DNA of 64,000 nt from Acidimicrobiia bacterium. GTDB lineage: Bacteria > Actinomycetota > Acidimicrobiia > Spongiisociales > ZC4RG35. Where the stretch lies: contig CBDBCY010000004.1 of the NCBI GenBank assembly GCA_965203555.1, forward strand, positions 1,984,001 through 2,048,000, given 5' to 3'. How positions within the stretch are numbered: the stretch's first letter is position 1; every line of letters starts with the position of its first letter. Shown piece after piece: positions 13,033-22,527 of this stretch. Made by a program: the position numbers and the translations under genes. The notes under the pieces are model-generated. The model had not been told where the DNA came from and did no database searches. It worked only from the letters and a program-made list of their open reading frames with translations.

Positions 13033-13850
13033 AGCGGCAGCCCAATAGACGTGAAAAAGGGCGCTGCCGGCGTCCAGGCGGTCACGAGGGCGGCAAAAAG
13101 GAGAGCCGTAGCCTCTACCAGTTCATTTACAGCACCGTACACGTCACCGGTTAAGCCTCCCAGCAGCGTAGTCGCCCATCTTCCCACCGACCAGCCTACG
13201 ATGGCTGCCAGGGCCGCCAAGGCGAGACCCCACGGCCCTATCAGAGCGGTGCCCGCCACCAAGGCGACCGTCAGTCCGAGTGGCAAATGCCACCGCCCTT
13301 GCTTCTGAAGAAAGTCGACACCGAGGCCGTTGCTGCCCACATAGGGAAACACTTCCATGACTAGCAACATGGCGCCGCGGGACAAGCAGGGAACCAGGAT
13401 CAGTATCCACGGGCGGCTCTGCCATGGCAAGGCAGAAATAGCGGCCACTTTGACGAGCAGCAGGCACACAACCCCAACAACCGCAAATGTTCCCACGTGA
13501 GGGTCTTTGAGAATCTGCATGCGATGCTTTGGGCTGGAACCACCCAAGAGGGCATCACATGTGTCCATAAAGCCGTCCAAATGGAGGGCGCCGGTAATCA
13601 AGACCAACGCGGCCACCACCACCGCGCCGACCAGGACCTGGGCCACTACCGCGGCGCCGCCGTAATCGTTTATGCCTGCGCGGTATCCCCAACGTATCAA
13701 CAGATCGAACGCCGCCAACACGGTGCCAACCAGCAACCCGACCGCCGGGAACCAGGCGCGGGCCGAAGCAATCCCCTGTCCGTGGTTGGCTCGGCTCGAA
13801 CCCACCGGAAACGTGGTCAAGAATGCGATTGCAGATTGCAGACCCGTCAT
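13029..13850 (-). CDS. cobS: Cobalamin synthase
   Basis: TGALHLDGFMDTCD, ILKDPHVG.F, LGGLTGDVYGA; multiple transmembrane helices. Confidence 0.95.
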   Translation of the reverse strand: MTGLQSAIAFLTTFPVGSSRANHGQGIASARAWFPAVGLLVGTVLAAFDLLIRWGYRAGINDYGGAAVVAQVLVGAVVVAALVLITGALHLDGFMDTCDALLGGSSPKHRMQILKDPHVGTFAVVGVVCLLLVKVAAISALPWQSRPWILILVPCLSRGAMLLVMEVFPYVGSNGLGVDFLQKQGRWHLPLGLTVALVAGTALIGPWGLALAALAAIVGWSVGRWATTLLGGLTGDVYGAVNELVEATALLFAALVTAWTPAAPFFTSIGLPL

Positions 13851-14926
13851 GATGATGTTTCTTTGCGATTGGAGACCCCCGCTTGGTCGAACGTGGCCAT
13901 CTGCGCCAGACAGGCAGCGGACGCTTCGACAATCGGCATGGCGAGCACCGCGCCCGTTCCCTCTCCCAGGCGCATGTTGAAATCCAACAAAGGGGCCAAT
14001 CGCAGGTAAGACAACACTGTGGGATGCCCTTGCTCAGCTGACCGGTGGGATGCGATCATGTAGTCGCGCGCCGCGCCGCAGAGACCGTACGCAATGAGAG
14101 CTGAGGCCCCGGAGATAAAACCATCCAGCAGGACTGCACAACGCATGACGGCGGCACCCAGCATGACGCCGGATAGCACGCCGATCTCAAACCCTCCGAT
14201 CTTGGCGAGCACGTCCAGTGGGTCACGGGGATCGGGGGCGTTTACTTTCAATGCTGTTCGAACGACATCGGTCTTATGGTGGATCTGCTCCGGGGTCCGT
14301 CCCGTCCCTGCTCCTGTCGTTTCAACGGGGTGACTACCGGTGATGGCCGCCGTCACTGCGCTGGACGTGGTGGTGTTACCAATGCCCATGTCTCCGGTGG
14401 CGATCAAATTGGCCCCTTGCTCGACCGCCAACTCCACCGCCAGGTTTATACCAGTCTCTACGCAAGACACCGCTTGGTCTCGGGACATGGCGGGACCCCG
14501 GCTGATATCCCCCGTCCCCCTACCCAAGGGAAGGGAACGCAGATTGGGATGAGAGGGCAAAGCATCTGTAGCAATGCCGGCATCCACCACAATCTGATTC
14601 ACCCCCAACAAGTTGGCCATAACACTGACAGCCGCCCCTCCGGCGAGGAAATTCAGAGCCATCTGCGCCGTCACCTCCTGCGGATAGCCTGTGACTCCCT
14701 GGGCAGTGACCCCGTGGTCGGCCACCGCCACGACCACAGCTTTGCCGCGGATCAGGGGACGTTCGTTGCCGAACATGCCCGCCAGCCTGACCGAGATGTC
14801 TTCCAGTATGCCGAGAGCGCCTTCCGGTTTGGTGAGAATCGACTGTCTGGAACGGGCGCGTCGCATCGCTTCCTGGTCGGCGGGGCGGATCCGTTCCACT
14901 GCGTCGGGCAGAGAGAGACGGCGCAT
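13847..14926 (-). CDS. cobT: Nicotinate-nucleotide--dimethylbenzimidazole phosphoribosyltransferase
   Basis: LTKPEGALG.LE, ADHGV, GDMGIGNTT, GGFEI, MRLGEGTGA. Confidence 0.96.
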   Translation of the reverse strand: MRRLSLPDAVERIRPADQEAMRRARSRQSILTKPEGALGILEDISVRLAGMFGNERPLIRGKAVVVAVADHGVTAQGVTGYPQEVTAQMALNFLAGGAAVSVMANLLGVNQIVVDAGIATDALPSHPNLRSLPLGRGTGDISRGPAMSRDQAVSCVETGINLAVELAVEQGANLIATGDMGIGNTTTSSAVTAAITGSHPVETTGAGTGRTPEQIHHKTDVVRTALKVNAPDPRDPLDVLAKIGGFEIGVLSGVMLGAAVMRCAVLLDGFISGASALIAYGLCGAARDYMIASHRSAEQGHPTVLSYLRLAPLLDFNMRLGEGTGAVLAMPIVEASAACLAQMATFDQAGVSNRKETSS

Positions 14927-15117
14927 TAGGGGGCGATACGTTTGCAGGATCGCACTAGCTGCCCGGCGTTGATCGCAAATAGGGACACCGATCTTTTACC
15001 AGACGGCGGGGAGAATTACAAGCTCGTAGTTCCATAGACCTGCTATGGACTCTATTAGGGCCGGCTCTCCAAAACGAAGGCTTGTCCAGTGGTGGTTTGC
15101 GAACCCGAGAGTTTGTC

Positions 15118-15146
15118 TTGACTTACAGGCCCTTTTGCGATAGCCT
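15118..15146 (+). promoter_or_regulatory. SigA-type promoter of the rpmH operon
   Basis: TTGACT-17 bp-TAGCCT about 40 nt upstream of the rpmH ATG. Confidence 0.65.
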
Positions 15147-15185
15147 TGGCAAGTCCCCTCTCGACGATTCTTCAGGTGTGTAACT

Positions 15186-15320
15186 ATGAAAAGGACCTAC
15201 CAGCCCAAGGTTCGCCGTCGCAAGCGCCGGCACGGATTCCGTCACCGGATGCGTACCCGGGCGGGCCGGGCGGTCCTCCGCTCCCGGCGGCAGAAGGGTC
15301 GCAAACGTCTGGCCGCCTGA
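15186..15320 (+). CDS. rpmH: 50S ribosomal protein L34 (absent from the ORF track, 44 aa)
   Basis: Translates as [44 protein letters not shown]. Confidence 0.98.
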   Translation: MKRTYQPKVRRRKRRHGFRHRMRTRAGRAVLRSRRQKGRKRLAA

Positions 15321-15339
15321 AATAGCGACGTACCAACCA

Positions 15340-15639
15340 CTGCGAACGTCCAAAGACTTTAACTTGGTATTCTCGCGAGGCAAGCGATGCCGGGTAGGCG
15401 GCATTACAGTTTTTTGGGCGCCAGGCGAGGCTGGCAAGCCCAGGATCGGCCTGGTGGCCAGTCGCCGGGTGGGCAAAGCTGTGGTGCGCAACCGGGTCAA
15501 GCGGCGGTTGCGCGCGGCCTTGGTGGAGGTTGACCCGGTATCGGGTGGCGATTATGTAATCGTGGCAAGCAGGCAAGTGGCGGAAGCTTCCTTCCTGAAG
15601 ATCGTGGGATGGTTGACGGACGCGCTTGGACAACGGTAA
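15340..15639 (+). CDS. rnpA: Ribonuclease P protein component (start uncertain)
   Basis: LRTSKDFNLVF...RIGLVASRRVGKAVVRNRVKRRLR with the RNR motif. The first canonical start (TTG 15364) would cut off the conserved L...DF segment. Confidence 0.92.
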   Translation: MRTSKDFNLVFSRGKRCRVGGITVFWAPGEAGKPRIGLVASRRVGKAVVRNRVKRRLRAALVEVDPVSGGDYVIVASRQVAEASFLKIVGWLTDALGQR

Positions 15640-15645
15640 GTGATG

Positions 15646-15918
15646 ATGAGCAGACAAATCGAACGGACAGGCCCCGGCACGACAGCAAGGGTTTTATTGA
15701 AGGCGTTGGCTTTTTATCAGCGGTCGATAAGCCCGGCATTTGGACGGCGTTGTCGATATCTGCCTACTTGTTCAGAATACGCAACGACCTCTGTGGAACG
15801 ATTCGGCGTATGGCGAGGACTCGCTATGGCGGTTGGTCGCCTCTTGCGATGCCAGCCTTTTGGGTCAAGCGGGTTTGATCCCGTTCCGCCTGCCAACCGG
15901 GGCGCCGAATCGTGTTAG
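15646..15918 (+). CDS. yidD: Membrane protein insertion efficiency factor YidD
   Basis: YQRSISP...CRYLPTCSEY...RLLRCQPF..GFDPVP. Confidence 0.95.
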   Translation: MSRQIERTGPGTTARVLLKALAFYQRSISPAFGRRCRYLPTCSEYATTSVERFGVWRGLAMAVGRLLRCQPFGSSGFDPVPPANRGAESC

Positions 15919-16781
15919 ACCCATGGTGGACCCTTTGGGATCTTATCAAAGAGGGCCTGGGCTGGTCTCTGGCTACTGCATATGCCTTCATCCCAAACTT
16001 TGGCATAGCGATCATCTTGGTGACGATCGTCATCAACACCCTGCTGTTTCCCCTGACGCTCAAGCAGACGCGATCCAGTCGGGCGATGATGCAAATACAG
16101 CCCGAGCTACAGCGTATCCGCCGGGATTACCGGGATCAGCGGGAAGAGATGCAACGTCGGATGACAGAGTTGCAGCGCAAGCACGGGGCTTCACCCCTGG
16201 GCTGCCTGGGGCCCCTTCTGGTCCAATCACCTATCCTGTTCGCCATTTTCCGGGTGCTCAACGACCCGACCGGCCTGCAAAACGAGTTGTCTCCCGTTCC
16301 ACCTGGGAGTGCCCTTTGGCAGGCGATCCGGGCCGAGGAAGCCACATTCGTGGGAATGGATTTGGGAGTGCCGCCTTCGGAGGCAATCACCGCGGGCATC
16401 GCAGCCGCCATACCCTACTTGGCCACCATGGTCGCCATGATCGCAATTCAATATATCCAGCAGTGGTATACACAGCGTGACCAGGTAGCGGCGGGAGGAG
16501 ACCGACAAAGGCGACAGATGCAGATGTTCACCCGCATCATGCCGCTGTTCTTGGGATTCATCTCCTGGAACTTTCCTGCTGGACTGCTGCTCTACTGGAC
16601 TACCTCGAACCTGGTTCGCCTGGGACAGCAAATAATGATCAACTGGATGGACGGGCGCCCGGAGCCTCCGCCAGCGATCACCAAGGAGGACAAGCCGGAT
16701 TCGGGAGGTTCCTCATCATCCTCCTCCCCACCACACCCCCGATCGGCTAAGAAATCAAGGAGGAGGAAGAGGAGGAACTAA
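15912..16781 (+). CDS. yidC: Membrane protein insertase YidC
   Basis: FGIAIILVT, MQIQPEL, GCLGPLLVQSPI, PAGLLLYW; basic C-terminal tail. Confidence 0.95.
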   Translation: MLDPWWTLWDLIKEGLGWSLATAYAFIPNFGIAIILVTIVINTLLFPLTLKQTRSSRAMMQIQPELQRIRRDYRDQREEMQRRMTELQRKHGASPLGCLGPLLVQSPILFAIFRVLNDPTGLQNELSPVPPGSALWQAIRAEEATFVGMDLGVPPSEAITAGIAAAIPYLATMVAMIAIQYIQQWYTQRDQVAAGGDRQRRQMQMFTRIMPLFLGFISWNFPAGLLLYWTTSNLVRLGQQIMINWMDGRPEPPPAITKEDKPDSGGSSSSSSPPHPRSAKKSRRRKRRN

Positions 16782-16785
16782 GAAT

Positions 16786-17595
16786 ATGGAACTAATAGAA
16801 GTAAGGGCCAGAACGGTGGAATTGGCCAAGCAGGCCGTTTTGGAGGAACTGGGCCTAAAGGATGACAACAGGGTGGAGTGGGAAATCCTGCAGGAACCCA
16901 CCAGGGGATTCTTGGGGGTCGGAAGGCAGGACGCCATTGTGACAGGTAAGCGGAAGCCGGCCAAGCGGCGCCGCAGTCGTGGAGGTAGGGGTGGCAGAGG
17001 CGCCAGGGGCAGGGCCGGACGCGACTCCGGCCGCGGGACGAGAAAACCAAGAGGTGGTCGTCCGCCTCAGGCGAAGGGCGGCCAACGCCCAGCAAAGAAA
17101 GCCAACCGAGGTAAGCCGCCAAAGAAGAGACAGCGCGGATCTCTGCAAGAACAGGCCGCGGCGGCCGACGGTTTCTTGACGGGCCTGTTGGAAGCAATCG
17201 GGGTGGATGGAAAGGTCCGTACCCGATACGAAGAAGATTTGATCGTGGCGGAAATCGAGGGACAGGCGACAGAGGTGCTGGTCGGCCAGCGAGGAGGCGG
17301 CATCGAGGCTCTGCACACTATCGCCAAATCTGTGATAAAACGCAAGACTGCCGGGGGGGCGCGGTTGCGTTTGGACATCGCCGGCTATGGCCGCCGTCGC
17401 CGGGAGGCTTTAGCCATCTATGCCACGGGTCTTGTGGAGCAGGTGACAGCCGAGGGCGGAGAGTTGATGCTGGAGCCCATGAACGCCGCAGACCGGAAGG
17501 TCATCCATGACACAGTCTCCAGGCACGATAATGTGCGCTCTTTCTCAGAGGGCGAAGCACCACATCGTTATGTAGTAATAGCTAACACCGGTTAG
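16786..17595 (+). CDS. jag: Jag/EloR RNA-binding protein (Jag_N, KH, R3H)
   Basis: TVELA...EILQEP..GFLG, KH GQRG, R3H RKVIH; Arg/Gly-rich linker. Confidence 0.93.
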   Translation: MELIEVRARTVELAKQAVLEELGLKDDNRVEWEILQEPTRGFLGVGRQDAIVTGKRKPAKRRRSRGGRGGRGARGRAGRDSGRGTRKPRGGRPPQAKGGQRPAKKANRGKPPKKRQRGSLQEQAAAADGFLTGLLEAIGVDGKVRTRYEEDLIVAEIEGQATEVLVGQRGGGIEALHTIAKSVIKRKTAGGARLRLDIAGYGRRRREALAIYATGLVEQVTAEGGELMLEPMNAADRKVIHDTVSRHDNVRSFSEGEAPHRYVVIANTG

Positions 17596-17602
17596 CGTGA
17601 GG

Positions 17603-17626
17603 GGCGACACGGGTGCGCCGTTTTTT
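17603..17626 (+). terminator. Probable intrinsic terminator after jag
   Basis: Bulged GC hairpin GGCGACAC-GG-GTGCGCC followed by T6, between convergent jag and parB. Confidence 0.5.
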
Positions 17627-17654
17627 AGGAGTTGGTTTGTCGGGGTCTGCTCCC

Positions 17655-18506
17655 CTATTGGGCCGTTAGTTTGGCAAATACTCGTTGAAGGTCGTCGACC
17701 GAGTTGAACGTCACCTTTAAGCTGCCCTTTTGATCCCGGTAACTGATGGAAACCGCAAGGCCGAGCTGGTCGGTCAACCGGGTCTCCAATTCAATGATTT
17801 CTGCAGGGCGCGCTTTTCGGGAAGATAGAGATGTTCTCCGGCGTGGCGCCCTGGCCTTGGCTGCCTCCTCTACCCGGCGCACCGTCCACCCTTCCGACAC
17901 GGCCCGTTTGGCTATATGGACGGCATATTTGGGATCTGAAACCGACAACAAGGCGCGGGCGTGTCCAGCAGTCAGCTTACCTGTGTCCAGCAGTTCGAGA
18001 ATTGCGGGAGGAAGGCGCAGCAACCGGATGCTATTGGCCACCGTGGCTCGTCCCTTACCCACCCGATGAGCTACTTCCTGCTGGGTGAGTCCATGGCTGT
18101 CGATAAGCAGTTTGTAGGCGGAAGCCTCTTCGAGGGGGGTTAAGTCTTCCCTTTGGATGTTCTCCACTAAGGCTTGAAGCAGAGAGCTGGTCTCGTCCGC
18201 ATTGCGGATCAGGGCGGGGATAGCCTCGAGGCCTGCTATTTGAGCAGCCCGCCATCGGCGTTCTCCGGAAATGAGGACATAGCCGGTGTCCATCTCCTGA
18301 ACCACGACGGGTTGCAACAGACCCACCTCGATAATTGATCGGGCCAGGCCTCGAAGGGTGTCCTCGCTATAGCGGGTGCGAGGCTGGGATGGGTTGGGCC
18401 GGATCTGATTGACCGGGATCTCCCGGTAAGGCGATCCCGGGGAGGGCTCGCCAGTGGGGATGAGGGTGCTCAGGCCCCGGCCGAGGCCTCCTCTCCTGTT
18501 AGTCAT
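17655..18506 (-). CDS. parB: Chromosome partitioning protein ParB
   Basis: GLGRGL, PNPSQPR, GERRWRA, ENIQREDL, HTH. Confidence 0.97.
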   Translation of the reverse strand: MTNRRGGLGRGLSTLIPTGEPSPGSPYREIPVNQIRPNPSQPRTRYSEDTLRGLARSIIEVGLLQPVVVQEMDTGYVLISGERRWRAAQIAGLEAIPALIRNADETSSLLQALVENIQREDLTPLEEASAYKLLIDSHGLTQQEVAHRVGKGRATVANSIRLLRLPPAILELLDTGKLTAGHARALLSVSDPKYAVHIAKRAVSEGWTVRRVEEAAKARAPRRRTSLSSRKARPAEIIELETRLTDQLGLAVSISYRDQKGSLKVTFNSVDDLQRVFAKLTAQ

Positions 18507-19318
18507 CGACTACTGACCATTCTGGATTGGAGTCTGGAATGCAACTCTTCGGCCAGCCTCCGATAAGCGATGGCTCCTCGATTCATGTGATCAAAAATCT
18601 CTATGGGCTCCCCGTAGGAGGCGGCCTCCGCCAGACGGACTCTGCGGGGGATGGATGTGCGAAAGACCGCGGCGCCAAAATAGTCCTTGACTTGTTCGGA
18701 GACTTCCCGGGACAGACGGGTCCGGTAGTCCAGCATGGTGAGCAACACGCCGAGCAATTCCAGGGAGGGATTGAGTGCCGACCTAACCATATCGATGGTG
18801 CGGTGCAATTCAACCAAACCATCCAACGCGTACTGCTCGCACTGCATCGGTATGAGCACGTAGCGGGCTGCCGTAAGTGCGTTGACCGTCAAGAGTCCCA
18901 GAGAAGGAGGGCAATCTATCAGGATGTAGGCATACTGACCCTCCAGCGTGCGCAGAGTATTACGCAAGATCTGCTCGCGTGCCATGAGAGGCACCAATTC
19001 AATGGTGGCGTCGGCAAGGTAACGAGTGGATGGGAGTAGATAAAGATTGCGGACGGGGGTGGGCTCAATGGCATCTTCGACGTCGGCGCCTTTTAGTAGG
19101 ACATCGTAGACGGACACATCGATCTCCTGAGAACTGAGCCCCAGGCCGGCTGTGGCGTTGGCCTGGGGATCCAAGTCAAGCACCAAGACGTTCTCTTGCA
19201 AGCCGGCCAAAGCCGCGCCGAGGTTGACGGATGTGGTGGTCTTGCCTACCCCGCCTTTTTGGTTTGTCACGGCGATCAGCGCGGAGGAGATCATGTTCCG
19301 TCCATGATAAGGAGCCAA
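18503..19318 (-). CDS. parA: Chromosome partitioning ATPase ParA
   Basis: NQKGGVGKTT, DLDPQAN, DCPPSLG; start may be 19294. Confidence 0.97.
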   Translation of the reverse strand: MAPYHGRNMISSALIAVTNQKGGVGKTTTSVNLGAALAGLQENVLVLDLDPQANATAGLGLSSQEIDVSVYDVLLKGADVEDAIEPTPVRNLYLLPSTRYLADATIELVPLMAREQILRNTLRTLEGQYAYILIDCPPSLGLLTVNALTAARYVLIPMQCEQYALDGLVELHRTIDMVRSALNPSLELLGVLLTMLDYRTRLSREVSEQVKDYFGAAVFRTSIPRRVRLAEAASYGEPIEIFDHMNRGAIAYRRLAEELHSRLQSRMVSSR

Positions 19319-19911
19319 ACCGGAGAACCTAGGATACTTGCGGGAACTTCCTGGACGCGGTATCCCCGAACGTTTGGCCGGGCGCGGTGGGAGCCGCCGA
19401 CAGCGGCGGCTCCGGAGGTGGCTAGCAAACGAACAAGGTCCGGGCGGAGGGTTGTCGGGGAACCAACGGCCCTGCAGACTATGAAATCAGCTGGGGATGT
19501 CCATTCCCGCAGTTGGGCGGTGACCACGTTGACATTGTCAAGACGAAGCAGACGGACAGCTCGTCGCGCGAGATCGGTGCGACGGGAGGATCTGTCCAAG
19601 AGGGTGACTTGGGTATTGGGCCAGGCGATTGCCAGGGGCAGCCCCGGAAGCCCAACGCCGGCGCCCACGTCCAGGAGGGAGGAAGGAGGGTCGGTCGAGC
19701 TTTTCCAGGCGGAAGCGAACAGGAGAGAATCGGCCAAGTGCCGGGTGTAGACCACCCGGCCTTCGGAAGGACCGAGGCCGCCGCCGGGAATGGCTTCCTT
19801 TACCAGCCAGTCGGCCAGGCCTCCCAGGAGCGCGAGTTGGGGATGGTCCAGGGGAAGGCCTGCCCACCGGGCGGCCCGCCTCAACACCGGCCAGTCGCTT
19901 CGGCGGCTCAA
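19291..19911 (-). CDS. rsmG: 16S rRNA m7G527 methyltransferase RsmG (GidB)
   Basis: RHLADSL, DVGAGVGLPG, CRAV; lies upstream of parA. Confidence 0.9.
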   Translation of the reverse strand: MSRRSDWPVLRRAARWAGLPLDHPQLALLGGLADWLVKEAIPGGGLGPSEGRVVYTRHLADSLLFASAWKSSTDPPSSLLDVGAGVGLPGLPLAIAWPNTQVTLLDRSSRRTDLARRAVRLLRLDNVNVVTAQLREWTSPADFIVCRAVGSPTTLRPDLVRLLATSGAAAVGGSHRARPNVRGYRVQEVPASILGSPVWLLIMDGT

Positions 19912-19920
19912 GGCGTACGG

Positions 19921-19936
19921 TGTTTCACGTGAAACA
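19921..19936. promoter_or_regulatory. parS site (perfect palindrome)
   Basis: TGTTTCACGTGAAACA. Confidence 0.95.
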
Positions 19937-19995
19937 TCACAGATTGCGCATTCTCAAGTCAGGTTAAGCAGGGAAGGGCGACCACAAAGCGCCAG

Positions 19996-20011
19996 TGTTC
20001 CATGTGAAACA
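19996..20011. promoter_or_regulatory. parS site
   Basis: TGTTCCATGTGAAACA, two mismatches to the perfect palindrome. Confidence 0.85.
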
Positions 20012-20187
20012 CTTGATAAGCACGAGCTATAGGCTCATTTCGCGTGGTTCCAGGCTCACCCCAAACTGACATTCTGCAAGAGGCGACGGTTCAGTCCCCT
20101 TAAGCCCCGGGCAGGGCACTTTGCTAAAACAACAGTCATGTAGTTTGTCGTGGCAATAGTGTAGGACTGCCGGGGAGGTTCGTTGGG

Positions 20188-21150
20188 TCATGTGACCGAA
20201 GTTCGGAAGAAGTCTTGCAGCCCGGTAACCGCCGCCTCGCCGGTTGCAGCGCCCAAGTCGGGTACGGCGACGACGACGGCGGGGGAACGGGTCTCCTTCA
20301 GCATGGCTGTCGCCTGCCCTTCGGTCTCCAATGACATGGCCTCCGCAATATAGGATGCGATCAGCTTTCCTGCCACGCTGTGGCTTATCGGTGAGGCGAA
20401 ATAGTTGATTATGCCGGGTGGGCGGTCCGCCAACTGGAACGAGATAATCAAGTCGGCGCCCATCCGGTTGGCTCTTTGGGCACGGACCCTTTCTGGGATG
20501 GTGCTGTCTACCCCTCGGGACAAAACGGGTGTACCACCTCTTTGTTGGAGAGCTACAGAAGCGGCGGCGGCGGCCTCCCAACTGACGGCAGCCTCCTTCT
20601 GGGTCCGGCAAGCCGGATCGAAATAGACGCGGGCGCCGACCAGGGTGGCTGGGCGGGTACGCAGCCACTCCCTCTCCCGGAGCGTCACTCGACCGGCTCT
20701 CATTGATCCCCGTGCTACGAGGCGCAGTTCGGTAATCACCTCCGGGCCGGAAACGCCATCAATGGCCAAGGCTCGGTTAAGCTGGAAATCCCGAAGGCCT
20801 CTTTCGGTCTGCGGACCGAAGATCCCGTCATGTTTACCTGTGTCGAACCCGAGGGCATCCAGACGACTTTGTAACTCTGCAACGTCATCGCCTCGCAGCA
20901 TGGGTCGTCGCAAGAACAGGAGGCGGTCTCCCAGGCGATATCCGGCCTCGTACAGGGCGCGCCAACAGTCCTGACCGACCACGCCATCAACGGGAAGCCC
21001 GCGGTCGCCCTGAAAAGCCCTGACCGCGGCGAGGGTGGCCTCGCCGAACTCGCCCGGCGGGTCCTTATCAGAATTGTGACCCAGCGCCGCCAGACGTTCC
21101 TGTATATCTCGCACTCCCTCTCCAGTGCTCCCTAGCTGAAAGCGGCGCAT
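20188..21150 (-). CDS. CwlM-like protein (two peptidoglycan-binding domains plus degenerate amidase_3)
   Basis: Two PG_binding_1 repeats (FQ..RGL.VDG..G), LGDRLL...MLRGDDV, RAQRAN; lies downstream of trxA as in mycobacteria. Confidence 0.85.
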   Translation of the reverse strand: MRRFQLGSTGEGVRDIQERLAALGHNSDKDPPGEFGEATLAAVRAFQGDRGLPVDGVVGQDCWRALYEAGYRLGDRLLFLRRPMLRGDDVAELQSRLDALGFDTGKHDGIFGPQTERGLRDFQLNRALAIDGVSGPEVITELRLVARGSMRAGRVTLREREWLRTRPATLVGARVYFDPACRTQKEAAVSWEAAAAASVALQQRGGTPVLSRGVDSTIPERVRAQRANRMGADLIISFQLADRPPGIINYFASPISHSVAGKLIASYIAEAMSLETEGQATAMLKETRSPAVVVAVPDLGAATGEAAVTGLQDFFRTSVT

Positions 21151-21238
21151 CTAATTCCCTGCTGATGGCGGAAGAACGACCTTCTCTCAATCAGGATAGA
21201 ACAAGAGCCACAGGCCGCGCGGCAACCTCGAAGAGGGC

Positions 21239-21562
21239 TTAGAGGTGTTCTTTGATGTTCTTGTAAAGCCAGGCTTTCGGGCGTGCGCCCACTATCCGTT
21301 GTACCTCCTGGCCGTTCTTGAACAGAATCAGAGTAGGTATGCTCATCACGCCGTAACTGGCGGGAGACTGGGGATTGTCGTCGATGTTCAGCTTCGCAAC
21401 AGTGAGCTTGTCGGGGTTCTCTGCTGCCAAAGCCTCGAGATGGGGGGCGACCAGTCGGCAGGGCCCGCACCACTCGGCCCAGAAGTCAACCAGCACCGGG
21501 CGGTCGCCCGAGATGACATCTTGGAAATTCTGGTCGCTGATAGTGAGCAGGTTGTTTGCCAT
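21239..21562 (-). CDS. trxA: Thioredoxin
   Basis: DFWAEWCGPC, SIPTL. Confidence 0.97.
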   Translation of the reverse strand: MANNLLTISDQNFQDVISGDRPVLVDFWAEWCGPCRLVAPHLEALAAENPDKLTVAKLNIDDNPQSPASYGVMSIPTLILFKNGQEVQRIVGARPKAWLYKNIKEHL

Positions 21563-21591
21563 CGATTTTGATCCTTTCTCGGCGGGCCGAC

Positions 21592-22527
21592 TCAAAGCCC
21601 GAGTGTATTTTGCAAGTAATGGTCTGCGTCCAAGGCGGCTTGGCACCCGGTGCCCGCCGCGGTGACGGCTTGACGATAGACCGAGTCAGCTACGTCTCCG
21701 GCAGCAAACACACCCGGCACGGAAGTAGCGGTCCCGCCTGGGTTGGGAAGGGCTATGTAGCCGCGTTCGTCCAATTCTACCCACTCCTGGAAGAGGTCGG
21801 TGTTCGGCCGGTGACCGATGGCAACAAAGACCCCGTCGACGGGTCGATGCCGAGCCTCACCGCTGATGGTGTCCACCAGAGTGGCCCCGGTCACATGCTC
21901 GTCACCGTGTATCACCTCAAGGACGGTGTTCCATTCCACCCGTATCCTGGGATTGGCCAGGGCCCGCCGGGCCATGATGGCCGAGGCGCGAAATTCATCT
22001 CTGCGATGAACGATCGTCACCGAGGAGGCGAACTTGGTGAGGAACAGGGACTCCTCCATAGCGGAGTCGCCGCCCCCTATCACCAAGAGTTCCTTGTCCT
22101 TAAAGAAGAACCCGTCACAGGTAGCGCAGGCCGAGACGCCCCTTCCAGTGAGACGTTCTTCGCCGGGAATGCCGAGCCATTTGGCGCTGGCGCCGGTGGC
22201 GATGATCACGCTATGGGCCAAGTGGACACCGCCGTTGGCGGTAACTGCGAACGGCGAGGCGGAAAAGTCCACCGAAGTGGCGTCTTCCATCATGAGGTCA
22301 GCGCCGAATCGCTCCGCCTGAGCCCGGAATTTGTCCATGATCTCCGGTCCCAGTATTCCATCGGGGAAACCCGGATAGTTCTCCACGTCCGTAGTGATCA
22401 TCAATTGGCCGCCAGGTGAGCTGCCCTCCAACACCAGAGGCGCCAACTCGGCGCGGGCGGCATACAGGGCCGCGGTGTATCCGGCCGGCCCTCCGCCGAT
22501 GATGAGAACTTTGTGAACGTTGGTCAA
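21592..22527 (-). CDS. trxB: Thioredoxin-disulfide reductase
   Basis: GGGPAG, CATCDG, GGGDSA, GVFAAGD; the TTG start overlaps the upstream stop codon. Confidence 0.97.
   Translation of the reverse strand: MTNVHKVLIIGGGPAGYTAALYAARAELAPLVLEGSSPGGQLMITTDVENYPGFPDGILGPEIMDKFRAQAERFGADLMMEDATSVDFSASPFAVTANGGVHLAHSVIIATGASAKWLGIPGEERLTGRGVSACATCDGFFFKDKELLVIGGGDSAMEESLFLTKFASSVTIVHRRDEFRASAIMARRALANPRIRVEWNTVLEVIHGDEHVTGATLVDTISGEARHRPVDGVFVAIGHRPNTDLFQEWVELDERGYIALPNPGGTATSVPGVFAAGDVADSVYRQAVTAAGTGCQAALDADHYLQNTLGL

Noticed and set aside
14927-15185. Cobalamin riboswitch upstream of cobT
   Set aside because: I could not find the conserved B12-box or GGGAA/GCCACTG elements on the minus strand. 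An Infernal search with RF00174 would settle it.
20036-20051. Third parS-like sequence CATTTCGCGTGGTTCC
   Set aside because: Too many mismatches in one arm.
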